NCBI RefSeq assembly: GCF_001194135.2
Contig: NC_069001.1
Location: forward strand, 4,900,996 to 4,964,995
From: Octopus bimaculoides
Taxonomy: Eukaryota
Direction of reading: 5' to 3'
Length of the DNA: 64,000 nt
Made by a program: the position numbers and the translations under genes
The notes under the pieces: model-generated
The model's database searches: none
Seen by the model: only the letters and a program-made list of their open reading frames with translations
Told to the model about the DNA's origin: nothing
In this document: piece by piece, positions 44,645 to 57,710 of the stretch
Layout: each line of letters starts with the position of its first letter
Numbering within the stretch: the stretch's first letter is position 1

Positions 44645-46198
44645 TAATAATAATAATAATTATAATAATAATAATAATGATAATAATAATAATAATGATA
44701 ATTTCAAATTTTTCCATAAGGGCAGCAATTTTAGGGGGAGGGTAAGTCGATTTCGTTGACCCCAGTGTTTCACTGGTACTTAACGTATCGACCTCGAAAG
44801 GATGAAAGGCAAAGTCAACCTTGGCGAAATTTGAACTCAGAACATAGTGACAAACAAAACACCACTAAGCATTTTGTCCAGCACGCTAACGTTTCTGCAA
44901 GTTCACCACCATAATAATAATAATAATAATAATAATAAATGCCTGGATGCAGTACCAGGCAGTGGCTCTCATAGCTTCTCATCTTAACTGATTGGAAGTG
45001 TTATCATGTACATTGTTATCATGTACGTCAGATTGATCTCCGATAAAAGTTTCTGGTGTGCAGAAATCTTTGGGGTTTGAATAATTCACCTCTGGAAGCA
45101 TGGCTGTTTCGTTCATCATCCTTAAACAAGCCTTATTCAGGGACCTTTTGAATAGGATGAGCCACTCCAACTGAAGATAATTCTAATTGAGCCTCACCTG
45201 CAAGGTCATGCACTATTTATCTTGATATAAGACCACCATGTCTCGCACATATGGTTGTGATGCATGTGCCTGGTGTACCCTTATCAGACGGGTAGTCATG
45301 ATGGGTATACTGGGCTTCGTATATTTGTATCCTAGTGTCACTTTGATGGCATGCACTGCTGTCGCACTCAATAATAATAATAATAATGATGAAGATGATG
45401 ATGATAATGGTTCCAAATTTTGGCACAAGTGCAACAATTTGGGGGCAGGAGGATGAGTTGGTTACATTGACCCTAGTATGCAACTGGTACTCACAAGGCT
45501 TTGGTTGGCCCGAGGCTATAGCAGAAGACACTTGCTCAAGGTGCCACGCAGTGGGACTGAACCCGGAACCATGTGGCTGGTAAGCAATCTACTTACCACA
45601 CAGCCACTAATAATAATAATAATAATAATAATAACAACAACAACGACATTGAAAAATACCTTAGGAATGAGAACCCAAGTTTGAAATTTCCCCAAGACAC
45701 CTGATGAAGGCTGGAGGGTGTATCAGCCAAAACGTTGTGTTAACAAACAAGATGAGGACAAATATCCGTCAAATGTAAATAATGTAACTTCAACAATATG
45801 AACAACAGTGATAACATCCTATATTCTATACCAATTGAATCCCATCAAATGCCATAATGTCACTGAGTGAAACAATGGGTAGTTTTTGGTTATCTTACCC
45901 CCCCCCCCCATTAAAAAATTGGGTTTATGACCCTATATTTTACGAGAAATATCGGTACTTTTTGTTATTTCCTTCAACGTCAACAATACATTGAAGTATT
46001 GAATCAGAAGGATCTAACTCCTTTAATCCAATCTCTTTGTCCGCCATATAAACTCGATGTTTTTTTTTTTAGTGGGGAGGTAACCCAATTTTTTAATGGC
46101 AATTTTTTAATGGGGGTGAGATAACCAAAAAATACCAAACAAAGATAGACAACAACAGCAATGTTAACAATACCAACAATTCAAATAACGACAAATAC

Positions 46199-46301
46199 CT
46201 TTTGGGTCTACAGTTTTTGATACAACTTTGGTGTTTGCAACACATACCAAAGCAAGCGTGATGGCTGCCACAAAAATTAACATTCTAGACATTTTTTCCA
46301 T
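46199..46301 (-). CDS. Signal-peptide first coding exon B of the sialomucin locus
   Basis: Encodes MEKMSRMLIFVAAITLALVCVANTKVVSKTVDPK then G|gtattt (phase 1); shares LALVC with exon A; in frame with the 43859 exon; A-rich leader. Confidence 0.8.
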
Positions 46302-46460
46302 GTTTGTTTTGTTGTTGTTGTTCTTGTTTCGTTAGCTCTTGTTTTGTTTTGTTTTGGTTTTTTTTTGCTGTTTTTTTCTTTGTTTTTGTTAAAAGTAAGT
46401 GGCACGCTTGCTAGTGGTGGCTCTTGATGGAAGTCTGCGCCAGAGCTAATTCTCGTACCG

Positions 46461-46470
46461 CTATTTATAG
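46461..46470 (-). promoter_or_regulatory. TATA box (TATAAATAG) upstream of signal exon B
   Basis: Plus-strand ctatttatag, about 160 nt upstream of ATG 46301 and followed by an A-rich leader; position only. Confidence 0.45.
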
Positions 46471-47634
46471 TGATCATGAATGATCAACACCACCGCCACC
46501 ACCACCATTGCCTTTGCCACCGTCACCACCACAGCTGTTGCTACTGCCACTACCACCACCACAGCTGCTGGTGCCACCACCACCTACTACTACTACTACT
46601 ACCAGTGCTACCTCCTTGGGTCCACCCACCCACCCCCACCAATTAATTTACTTATTTGTTTATCTAGTTATTTTGTCAATCCTTACTGAGTGTCGATGAT
46701 CAATCAATCAATCAATCAATCACATTATCNNNNNNNNNNNNNNNNNNNNNNNNNNNNNNNNNNNNNNNNNNNNNNNNNNNGAACAATGTTTGTTTATTTC
46801 TTTATCTTACATAATTTTTCTCTCTCTCTCTCTTCATTCTTTCACTTGTTTCAGCCATTGGGCCGTGGCCATGCTGGGGCACCACCATCACAGATTTCCC
46901 TTTACTTGTTTTAGGCCAGTTCCTTCTTGTATCAGTTTCGTTTCCTGAAACAGTCGCTAAGTTACAGACACTAACACACACGCACACACACACGCACACA
47001 CACACACATACACACACTCATTCACTCACACACACACACACACATTCTTTTATTCGTTTACTTGTTTCAGTCATTTGACTGCGGCCGAGCTGGAGCACCG
47101 CCTTAAAGGGTTTTCAGTCGAAGGAATTGACCACCAGGACTTATTCTTTGTAAGCCTACTACTTATTCAATCGGGTTCTTTTGCTGAACCGTTAAGTCAC
47201 AGGGACATAAACACACCAAAATCGGTTGTCTAGCAATGGTGGAGGTACAAACACACACACCCATAAATAAATGTTTTTGTTACATGTTGTTATTGTTTTT
47301 GCTGAATAAAATTTGTTGAAAAAATAGCCGCAATAATTATGCACCATCCCACTAGCATCATGTTAGTTACTGAAACGTGAGTTACGTTTAGAATTAAATA
47401 TTTCAAAAATATTTTCAAATTCGTCATTACTCTTTATTATTGTTATGCATTACACAATAATATGGATTTTAAAAATAATAATGAAACTTATTGTTGCGGC
47501 CTTGTTAGATTACGATTAAACTTAATGCAGCTTCCCAACTTCAAGAGATTCTTCACCTCTGGGTAAGACAGTTCGACTGGAACTGGTAAGCTGGAGAGCT
47601 GCACCAGGTTCCAGTCTGATTTGGCATGGTCTCT

Positions 47635-48115
47635 ACATTCTTGAGGTGGTCATGAAGCTCTGCAGTAATTTCGGAAGCTGTACTTTTGTGATCCTTTCTA
47701 ACAATTTGTGTAAGAGTCCGACGGTCTCTAACTGAAAGTTTTGGTTTTGTTCCAGAGTTTTGTTTCGACGAGGAGGTTTTTCCCTCCTTCTCAAAGGCTG
47801 TCGTTACTGTCATTCGAGACAGTACTTCTTGATACACCAAACATTTCGGCTGTTTTTTGTTACGCTAGCGCCTGCCATACGAGTACCAACAATTTGACCT
47901 CTTTGAAAGTCCGAAAGATCTGTCATTTTAATGAATTTTAATTACCTTTTTCTGATGATATCTGAAAAGAAACAGCAATTTTAGCAAAAACATATTAAGC
48001 AACACTAATAATAAATCAAAAAACATAAAAACAAACAAGTTTTGACGGTTTTATAGATATTACAAAATTATGATGCTATGATGCTAAGTGTTTCCATTAT
48101 TTTGGCCAACCACTG
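47635..48115 (-). mobile_element. Tc1-like transposon 5' fragment
   Basis: TA|CAGTGGTTGGCCAAAATAATGGAAACAC end; encodes TAFEKEGKTSSSKQNSGTKPKLSVRDRRTLTQIVRKDHKSTASEITAEL (Tc1 HTH); truncated by a SINE piece. Confidence 0.82.
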
Positions 48116-49303
48116 TATGTATACAGAAGCCTGAAATTTGGGGGAGGGGGCCAGTCACAACTGGTACTTAATTTATCGACCCCGAAAGGATGAAAGGCAA
48201 AGTCAACCCAGTCGGAATTTAAACTCAGAAAGTAAAGACGGACGAAATGCCGCTAAACATTTTGCCCGGCATGCTAACGATTGTGCCAGCCCACCGCCTC
48301 GGCAATTATTAATAATCATTTCTACTCTAGGCAAAAGGCCCGAAATTTTGGTGGATGGGACCAGTCGATTAGATCGACCCCAGTACGCAAGTGGTACTTA
48401 ATTTATTCACTTCGAAAGGATGAAAGGCAAAGCCGACCTTGGCGGAATTTGAACTCAGAACGCAAGGACAGACGAAACACCGCTAAGCATTCTGCCAACT
48501 CACCGCCTTAACAATTATTAATAATAATTTATACGAAAGCGGCGAGCTGGCAGAATCGGTAGCATGCCGAACGAAATGCTTAGCGGTATTTCGTCTGCCG
48601 CTACGTTCTGAGTTCAAATTTCGCCGACGTTGACTTTGCCTTAATTTTGGTTGTTAGCCATGTAAAAATAAGTTAATAATGAAATCAAATTGTGTATATT
48701 AATGAAGTATAAATAATATACAAAAGATATTACTAACCGATTAGTGATAAGAAGCATATTTTCAAAAAATCGATTTTATTCTAAACGTTATGAATACTTA
48801 TGAATATCGCTGTATATACATTGTTTTTGTATTTCGTTTGCAAGATTCTTGATGTGAAATTGTAAGTTGGAAACAAATCTTGTATCTTGTGAGGGTCATT
48901 ATTACCAAAGGCAACACCAAGGTCTTTTCAACGATTAGCCAGATATGATTTCTCAAATGAGAATATCTGAAATAAAATTAATTGCTCTCACAAACGAGAA
49001 TACTCTTTTACTTGTTACAGTCATTTGACTGCGGCCATGCTGGAGTACCGCCTTTAGTCGAGCAAATCGACCCCAGAACTTATTATTTGTAAGCCTAGTA
49101 CTTATTCCCAATGGCTTTTCTTTTTGCATTGGCACCTCCAATGAAGGAGTAGTCTCAACGATAACGGCGCGAAGCTATTATGATCGCTTGGACGTTGACT
49201 GGTGAAGAATTAGCTACGAATTTTCCGGGTGCTTGGTTTTGTCAAATTATCTGTGTTTTTGTTACATTTCCCGGTTCTTATGTTTTTTTAAAAAGATCCT
49301 TGG

Positions 49304-49355
<52 letters not shown>

Positions 49356-49460
49356 CATATANNNNNNNNNNNNNNNNNNNNNNNNNNNNNNNNNNNNNNN
49401 NNNNNNNNNNNNNNNNNNNNNNNNNNNNNNNNNNNNNNNNNNNNNNNNNNNNNNNNNNNN

Positions 49461-49543
<83 letters not shown>

Positions 49544-49804
49544 CGATTGGCATCCGTTAGTCTCGAAAGACTATGGATCTGCGTCTTGGATATATAACAA
49601 GGTATAATGATGAGTGTGTTGTTGCAGTATATATAGCCTATGTCATGATCTTACAGTAAAAGGAAGTTCAGTTTGACTCAGGGACAGACACACAGACAGA
49701 CCGCTGTGACCTTCACAGTTTGAACATTATTGCCTTACTTTATCTTACTGCTGCTGCTTTTGTCGTCGACAATAACGTCTTTCAAATGTTCTTTCAGAAT
49801 ATAA

Positions 49805-50080
49805 AACTATTTTCTTTCTTTTTCCTTTCTTTCTTTTTTTCTTTCTTTCTTCCTTCCTTCCTTTCTTTCTTTCTTCCTTCCTTCCTTTCTTTATTTCTTC
49901 CTTCCTTTCTTTCTTTCTTTCTTTCTCACTTCTTCTCTTCCCTTCTCTTCTCTCCTCTTTCTCCTTATCTCTCTCACCTCTCTATCCCTCTCTCTCGGGT
50001 CTCACCTTCTCTCTCTTCCTCTCCCTCCAATCCTCTCTCCCTCTCTCTCTCTCTCCCTCTCTCTCCGTCTCTCTCTCTCC
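49805..50080. repeat. Polypyrimidine tract, (TTTC)n/(TTCC)n/(TC)n
   Basis: Visible directly. Confidence 0.92.
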
Positions 50081-52156
50081 ACCCCATCAGGTCTTTAGAA
50101 ACAATTTCCAGACACTTCCAAACACCATTAATCGATTATTTTTTTTCAAACACGATTATTGATCAGATCAGATCAATAACAATCAATACTAACATTAATG
50201 ATATTAACCACGATGATGCTGGAGGTGGTGGTGGTGGTGATGACGATGATGACGATGACGATAATGATGACAGTGGTAATGATTAACAACAAATAAATAA
50301 TCAATCTGAGTACCATCACCTTCACCGCCATCGCTACCAGCATTCTCTCCACCACCACCACTACCNNNNNNNNNNNNNNNNNNNNNNNNNNNNNNNNNNN
50401 NNNNNNNNNNNNNNNNNNNNNNNNNNNNNNNNNNNNNNNNNNNNNNNNNNNNNNNNNNNNNNNNNNNNNNNNNNNNNNNNNNNNNNNNNNNNNNNNNNNN
50501 NNNNNNNNNNNNNNNNNNNNNNNNNNNNNNNNNNNNNNNNNNNNNNNNNNNNNNNNNNNNNNNNNNNNNNNNNNNNNNNNNNNNNNNNNNNNNNNNNNNN
50601 NNNNNNNNNNNNNNNNNNNNNNNNNNNNNNNNNNNNNNNNNNNNNNNNNNNNNNNNNNNNNNNNNNNNNNNNNNNNNNNNNNNNNNNNNNNNNNNNNNNN
50701 NNNNNNNNNNNNNNNNNNNNNNNNNNNNNNNNNNNNNNNNNNNNNNNNNNNNNNNNNNNNNNNACGTTAGCGCGCCGGGCGAAATGCTTAGCGGTATTTC
50801 GTCTGCTGTTACGTTCTGAGTTCAAATTCCGCCGAGGTCGACTTTGCCTTTCATCTTTTCGGGTCCGATAAATTAAGTACCAGTTATGAACTGGGGTCGA
50901 TATAATCGACTTAATCCGTTTGTCTGTCCTTGTTTGTCCCCTCTGTGTGTAGCCCCTTGTGGGCAATAAAGAAATAGGAAACTGAAAGAAGCCTGTCGTA
51001 TGCTTTTATATATGTATATATCTATGTGTGCGTTTTTGTGTCTGTGTTCGTCCCTCTATCATCGCTTGACAATCGGTTTTGGTATGTTTGCGACCCCGTA
51101 ACCAAGCGGTTCGGCAAAAGAAAAACGATGGAATAAGTACTAGGCTTACAAAGTCCTGGAGTCGATTTGTTCGACTAATACCTTTCACGGCAGTGCTCCA
51201 GCATGGTCGCAGTCAAATGACTGAAGCAAGTAAAAGAATAAAAGAATATGTACATATACATATATTATTGTGTCTGGGGAGAGTCATTCCCCCAGACACA
51301 TGCGCACAAACAAACAAAAAGAACCAATCTCTGATAACGGACAGAGTCAACGACTCTTGAAAAGGTTGCAGGACGCAACGAAAATTTTAGAAAAAATAAA
51401 TAAGCGCAGGAATGACTGTGTGGTAAGTAGCTTGCTTACCAACCACATAGTTTCCGTCTACTAAATTCAGTTACAAGGCATTGGTCGAATCAGGGCTTTA
51501 GAAGAAGACACTGGTCTGCGTTGTGGGACTGAACTCGAAACCTCATGATTGCAAAACAAACTCCTTAACCATACAGCCATGCCTACGCCATTATATTTAC
51601 ATAAATTACATCACAACTTAGTGAAAAATAACTTTGACAACCTTTTACTTTTGTTTCAATTGAAATATTCCGATATATTCCACATAAAATTTAGTTCGGT
51701 CATTACAGCTTTTGTCTTGGCTGTTTAACTCTTTATTTCTTTTATAAATCAATCTAATATCGAGAAATCATAGCTTCAAAGAAGTTGAAAGAAATTCAAT
51801 AGCATGGTTTTTGATATAAAATGTAATCCACTTGGTTAATGGCTTAATGGTTTCTCATGTTCTCTTAACGTAAAAAAAAACTGGTTTTGTGCACTGGTAA
51901 CCAGTTATTGAAAGGGAGATAATCATCTCCAGATAAATTTTGCCGCGATTAGAAGTTTGTATTTCAAATCAAAAAACAAGGAAGAAGATGCACAGAATAA
52001 ATGTTCAATTTTTTTGCTTACTCATTACAAAGATCTTAAAATGTCTAGTTAAAGGTATTTATGTATAGTATTATTTCATTCTTTTTAGAAATCATCAGCA
52101 TAACATAACCTACGAATTTATTAAGTAAACGTTTTACGAAGTGATACATTTCTTAC

Positions 52157-53330
52157 AGTATCGTGGTCTGTCGGTTGTCGGCTGGTCTTGTCTAGTGGTG
52201 ACTGGTTGAGTAAATGAATGAAAATATGTTTCTTGGGCTGCGTGAAGAAGTAACTGAACAACAAAATACATTCAAATAGATAACTTTACTCAAACATCAT
52301 TTTGTTTCACTGCATGGCACCTTGGGCAATTTCTTTTACTGAAGTCCCAGCAGATGACTGAAACGAGTAAAGATACATATTCTTTTATTCTTTTACTTGT
52401 TTCAGTTGACTGTGGCCATGCTGGAGCACTGCCTTAAAGGGGTTTTAATCGAAAAAAATCGACCTCAGCACGTTTTTAAAGCCTAATACTTACTCTGTTA
52501 GTCACGGGGATGTAAACACACCAACACCAGTTGTCAAGTGGTGACGAGAAGGACAAATAGACAGAAAGACACACACACATGCAAGTACCCATGAATTTAT
52601 TTAGAACAATTCCGATCACAACTATTACAACCACAACAGGTCACTTGACCATTTCACCAACATCCTACTGCTGTCATATCACTCCTGTATCTTTCTCTTC
52701 TTTGCTGCCTCCTCCCTCGGCTACTGCTGCTTAAACAATCAAAGCCAAGAACTCACGTCCCTCATATCAAATATTCTTTTAGATCTGCTACTACCTATTA
52801 CCGAAACTTCACAAGAGTAAAAGAGAGAGAGAGAGAGACAGAAAAAAGGAAAATGTCCCTTGTATTGGAAAACTATCGAAATATTTTTTAAAAAGATTTC
52901 ATTTAATTTTTCCACAATATAATTGTTTTTTCTTATTTTATTCTAAGTTGAAAAAGTCGCAAAAACTGAAACCGGTACTAAAATGTTCTTCATGGTAAAA
53001 TTATTTTAGCATTTTCTACCTTGTCTTATTTTCCTTATAAATACCAACTTGTGTGTTACTTTTCAACCTTCTACACACAAATGTATATATATATATATTA
53101 TTTAAAAGAGTTCCAACTCTGTCTGTTTTTTATGTTTTATTTATATTCTTATAAAATTAATGTGGGATATAGAATATGGAATATATAATATAAATAGTAA
53201 AATGAAATGAAGTATTAAATGTCTTATTGAATATATGAAATATTAAGTATTAAATATAGAGTATTAGATATATAAGGACTAGTATACTTTCCTGCCTCAT
53301 GGCATTCATCAAGGTCCCGCCTGACAGATG

Positions 53331-53361
<31 letters not shown>

Positions 53362-53648
53362 CAGTAATCCCACCACTATCACAGGTGTTGCGTTCCAAAG
53401 CCCCTTGCGATAGGTGAAAATCCGTGAAGTAGAAACAGTAGCGTATATATTTTAAAATTATTTTTGTAATTTGTACATATTTATTTTATCATAAATGCAA
53501 AACAGCATTACAGAGGAATTGACGTAAGCTTAAATAACAAACCGCGATAGGTGAACCGCGATATGGCGAGAGATTACTGTATATATAAAAATGAAAAGCA
53601 AAATCGACCATTTTGCCTGGCATATTAATAATTCTGGCAACCCATCAC

Positions 53649-53690
<42 letters not shown>

Positions 53691-53920
53691 CCTTTCTATT
53701 ATAGGAACAAAGCCTGGAATTTTGTGGACGAGGCTAGTCAATTACATTGCCCTGAGTGTTCAACCGCTTCTTATTTTGTTGCAGCCTTTCTCACTCTATT
53801 TTGTCTTTTTTTTTTCCTCTCCCACAGACATCAGTGTTTTCGGTTTCATGGTTTCTCACCTGTTGGCATCTTCAGATGCAAAACCTCGTTGTCCCTTGAC
53901 ACTTCTGGCTGAGACTTGAG
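52157..53920 (-). other. Three candidate small exons of an unidentified transcript (53920-53860, 52806-52757, 52253-52157)
   Basis: Each has an AG acceptor and a donor gtgaga, gtgagt or gtaaga. One phase-consistent reading: LKSQPEVSRDNEVLHLKMPT-VSVIGSSRSKRIFDMRD-LLLHAAQETYFHSFTQPVTTRQDQPTTDRPRY. No homology recognised. Confidence 0.35.
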
Positions 53921-53963
53921 CTGTAATTTGGATAAATTCAAGCAAAACCAAAGCACATAACAC

Positions 53964-53997
<34 letters not shown>

Positions 53998-55065
53998 CAA
54001 CAATATTTGCACCAATTTTGTTTTTATTAAACCAGTTTATAATAATAATAATGAAAATAATAATAATAATAATAATAATAAGGATGAGGATGGTGATGAT
54101 GACAAAAAATAATTATGAGGATGATATTTCACATTGGCACATGGCCACAAACTTGTATGGAGCAACAGGGAAGGGTGCAACCAAATGAAACAACACCCTG
54201 TACATGGATGGTACTTATTTTATTGACTCCAGGAAGGAGAGATGAAAGGGAAAGTTAGCCTAGTAGAAATTGAACTCATAACATTGAAATCTGAAATTAA
54301 ATTACTGACAGCTCTTTAGTTTGGTTAGTCTATTCTTCTTCAATAATTTTGATTTTGTAATGAAGGCCCAAAGCCTGAAATTTAGGGCTAGGATAGGACC
54401 AAATAATACTTACTTTCATTCTATTGACCCATGAGGGATAAGTCAGTCTTGGTGGGATGTAAACCCAGAAACTTAAAAGAGAAGTAATTAAATACCACAA
54501 GGCATTTATATCTGTTGCTCTACTGATTCTGGCTAATCACAGAGCCTTAATAGCATAGAGAGACTTACTAACATAGGTGCATGGTCAGACATTTTGTGGC
54601 AGAAATTATGGCCAATTATATTGGCCCCCACAAGTACTTGCAACATTATTTTATCAGCCTCCAGATGAATGAAAAATAAATTTAATATAGGTAACATTTG
54701 AACAAAAACCTGGACATAATGTCCTTAAAAGCTGATTATACTACTTGAGGTTGCTGTTCTTTTGAAGGCCCACAAGTAACAAAAACCATTTCACTGGTAA
54801 AACGCAGGTAATTTGAACAAGAAATGGGTAGTGTGTTGGATTAGGTCCAGTACAGTACAAGGTGATGGATGCTAAATGTATTGATTCCCTTTCCTCACTC
54901 CTGGAGATTGAAGGACAAAGTCTGGCCCTGGCACAATCTGAACTCTGAAGGTCGGAGGGTTTCAGCCAATTTGACATGTTTATTATTATTAATAATGATG
55001 AAGATGATGATAATGATAATGACAATTACAATTACAACATTGATAATAATAATAATAATAATGAC

Positions 55066-55116
<51 letters not shown>

Positions 55117-56414
55117 AATGACAGTGGTTTAATCTTAATAAGGATTTTTTTTTGAATAATAGAAAAAAAAAATAATAGTTCATATATACAGATATTGAGA
55201 GAAAAATTACAACATAATTATTTTAAATATAAGCGAGGTGAGGTAGAGGTGGCAGTGTTGGTGAGGGAGACAATCCTCTCTGTGGCCACCACCACCACCA
55301 CCACCAACAACAACAANNNNNNNNNNNNNNNNNNNNNNNNNNNNNNNNNNNNNNNNNNNNNNNNNNNNNNNNNNNNNNNNNNNNNNNNNNNNNNNNNNNN
55401 NNNNNNNNNNNNNNNNNNNNNNNNNNNNNNNNNNNNNNNNNNNNNNNNNNNNNNNNNNNNNNNNNNNNNNNNNNNNNNNNNNNNNNNNNNNNNNNNNNNN
55501 NNNNNNNNNNNNNNNNNNNNNNNNNNNNNNNNNNNNNNNNNNNNNNNNNNNNNNTCTTAGGATATCTTAACACAAGTGCAAAGGTGACATTTCTTTAGGA
55601 GGATGGGAAAAATAAAAGGTGTGATGTTGAGACGTTGATGCATTGACCAAGGACATTAATGACAAGAAAATAACTTCAACATTTCTATAAAAAAGGGGCT
55701 GGGAACCCAAACATCATTATCCTCTCTCTCAGGTCAAAACATAATATATATATTCTTTTATTCTTTTACTTGTTTCAGTCATTTGACTGTGGCCATGCTG
55801 GAGCACCACCTTGAAGGGTTTTAGTTGAACAAATCAACCCCAGGACTTATTTCTTCAGCCCAGAACTTATCCTTTTGGTCTTTTTTGATGAACCACTAAG
55901 TTATGGGGGATATAAACACACCAACATTGGTTGTCAAGCGGTGAGCAGGGAACAAAAACAGACACACAGATATATAAATATATATATACATATATATATA
56001 CGATGGGCTTCTTTCAGTTTCCATCGACCAAATCCACTCACAAAGGCTTCAGTCTGCCCGAAGCTATAATAGAAGACACTTGCCCAAGGTGCCACGCAGT
56101 GGGACTGAACCCGGAACCATGTGGTTGGGAAGCAAGTTTCTTACCACACAGCTACATCTGCACCTATATACATACATACATACATACATATACATATATG
56201 TGTGTGTGTGATGCTTTTCTTTGTTGCTTTTGGTCACAAATAAAGAGTTGTGGGTTCAAGTCCCATGCATATGGGAAAACCTACTTTTTTCTGCCGAGGG
56301 CTTATATGCCCCATTATTAGACTATTTTCTCTAGTCGTTGCGTGGTGATTGCTTATAAGCTTTAAGCTTACAAAAATACTATTATTATTATTTACAGAAT
56401 AAATACATACATAC

Positions 56415-56460
<46 letters not shown>

Positions 56461-56496
56461 CCCTATGTTTGTTTATGGGAACCATGAGTAAAAATC

Positions 56497-56660
56497 TTGA
56501 GAAGTACATGCAACAAATAGGGGCTGCAATAAAGGTGGAGCACTTGCAGAAAACAGCACTGCTTGGAACTGCTTGAATACTCCGGAAGGTACTCGAAAAA
56601 TAAGACGTTTTACCTTAGTTCACTGGTAGTGAACAGCTGACACCGTAGTACATCTCCAAC
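56497..56660 (+). mobile_element. 3' fragment of an RLE-type non-LTR retrotransposon (R4/Dong-like)
   Basis: Encodes LEKYMQQIGAAIKVEHLQKTALLGTA*ILRKVLEK*. Confidence 0.7.
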
Positions 56661-57169
56661 GTTAGAAGCTGTGCAAAGACAATAATAATAATAATCCTTT
56701 CTGTTATAGCAAAAAGCCTGATATATTGAGTGGAAGGGATTAATCGATAATATTGCCTGGTACTTATTTCGTCAATCCCAAAACAATGAAAAGTGAAGTC
56801 CACCTCAGTGGGATTTGAACTCAGAATATAAAGACAGATGAAATGCTGTAAGCATGTTTTGTCCAGCATGATAAGGCTTGCCCTATTAATAATAAAAATA
56901 AAACTAATGGTAATAGTAATGGTTTCAAATTTTGGCACAAGTCCAGCAGGTTTGGGGAAGTGGCTAAGTCGATTAAATTGACCCCTGTCCCTAACTGGTG
57001 CTACTTTTATTGACCCTGAAAAGGATGAAAGGCAAAGGGGACTCCAGCAGAGTTTGAACTCAAAACGTATGCATGGACGAAATGCTGTTAAGCATTTCAA
57101 CCGGTGAGCTAACGATTCTGCCAGCTTGCAATAGCAATAACAACAATAACAACAGTTCTATATTTAAGA

Positions 57170-57710
57170 GATGAGGAATTATTTACATTATTTACATTTG
57201 ATGGATATTTGTCCTCATCTTGTTTGTTGTTAACACAAAATTTCGGCTGATATACCCACCAGCCTTCATCAGGCATATAGCGTAGTGGTTAAGAGCATGG
57301 GCTACTAACCCCAAGATTCCGAGTTTGATTCCAGGCAGTGACCTGAATAAAAATAATAATAATAATAATAATAATAACATTGAAAAATACCTTAGGAATG
57401 AGAACGCAGGTTCGAAATTTCCCCAAGACACCTCATGAAAGCTGGAGGGTAAATCAGCCGGAATGTGTTAACAACAAACAAGATGAGGACAAATATCTGT
57501 CAAATGTAAATAATGTAAATAATGAACAATAACAACGTAGAACAACATTCACAATGGACAGACAGGTGTCCTCGCCTTGTTTGTTGTTAGCACAATGTTT
57601 TGGCTGATGTACTCTCCAGCCTTCATCAGGTGTCTTGGGGAAATTTCGAACCCACCTGATGAAGGCTGGAGAGTACATCAGCCGAAACGTGTTAACAACA
57701 AACAAGGTGG
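57170..57710. mobile_element. Cluster of retroelement tails (CCTGATGAAGGCTGG...CCGAAACG) in both orientations around a tRNA-like head
   Basis: Head GCGTAGTGGTTAAGAGC...GAGTTTGATTCCAGG at about 57279-57345; the same tail also occurs at about 45650-45790. Confidence 0.65.

Noticed and set aside
46480-46625. Thr/Ala-rich plus-strand ORF resembling a mucin
   Set aside because: Mixed trinucleotide repeat on the opposite strand from the mucin locus, with no splice sites.
57279-57345. tRNA gene
   Set aside because: It has A- and B-box-like motifs but no convincing cloverleaf or acceptor stem, and is followed by a repeat tail; it is a SINE head.
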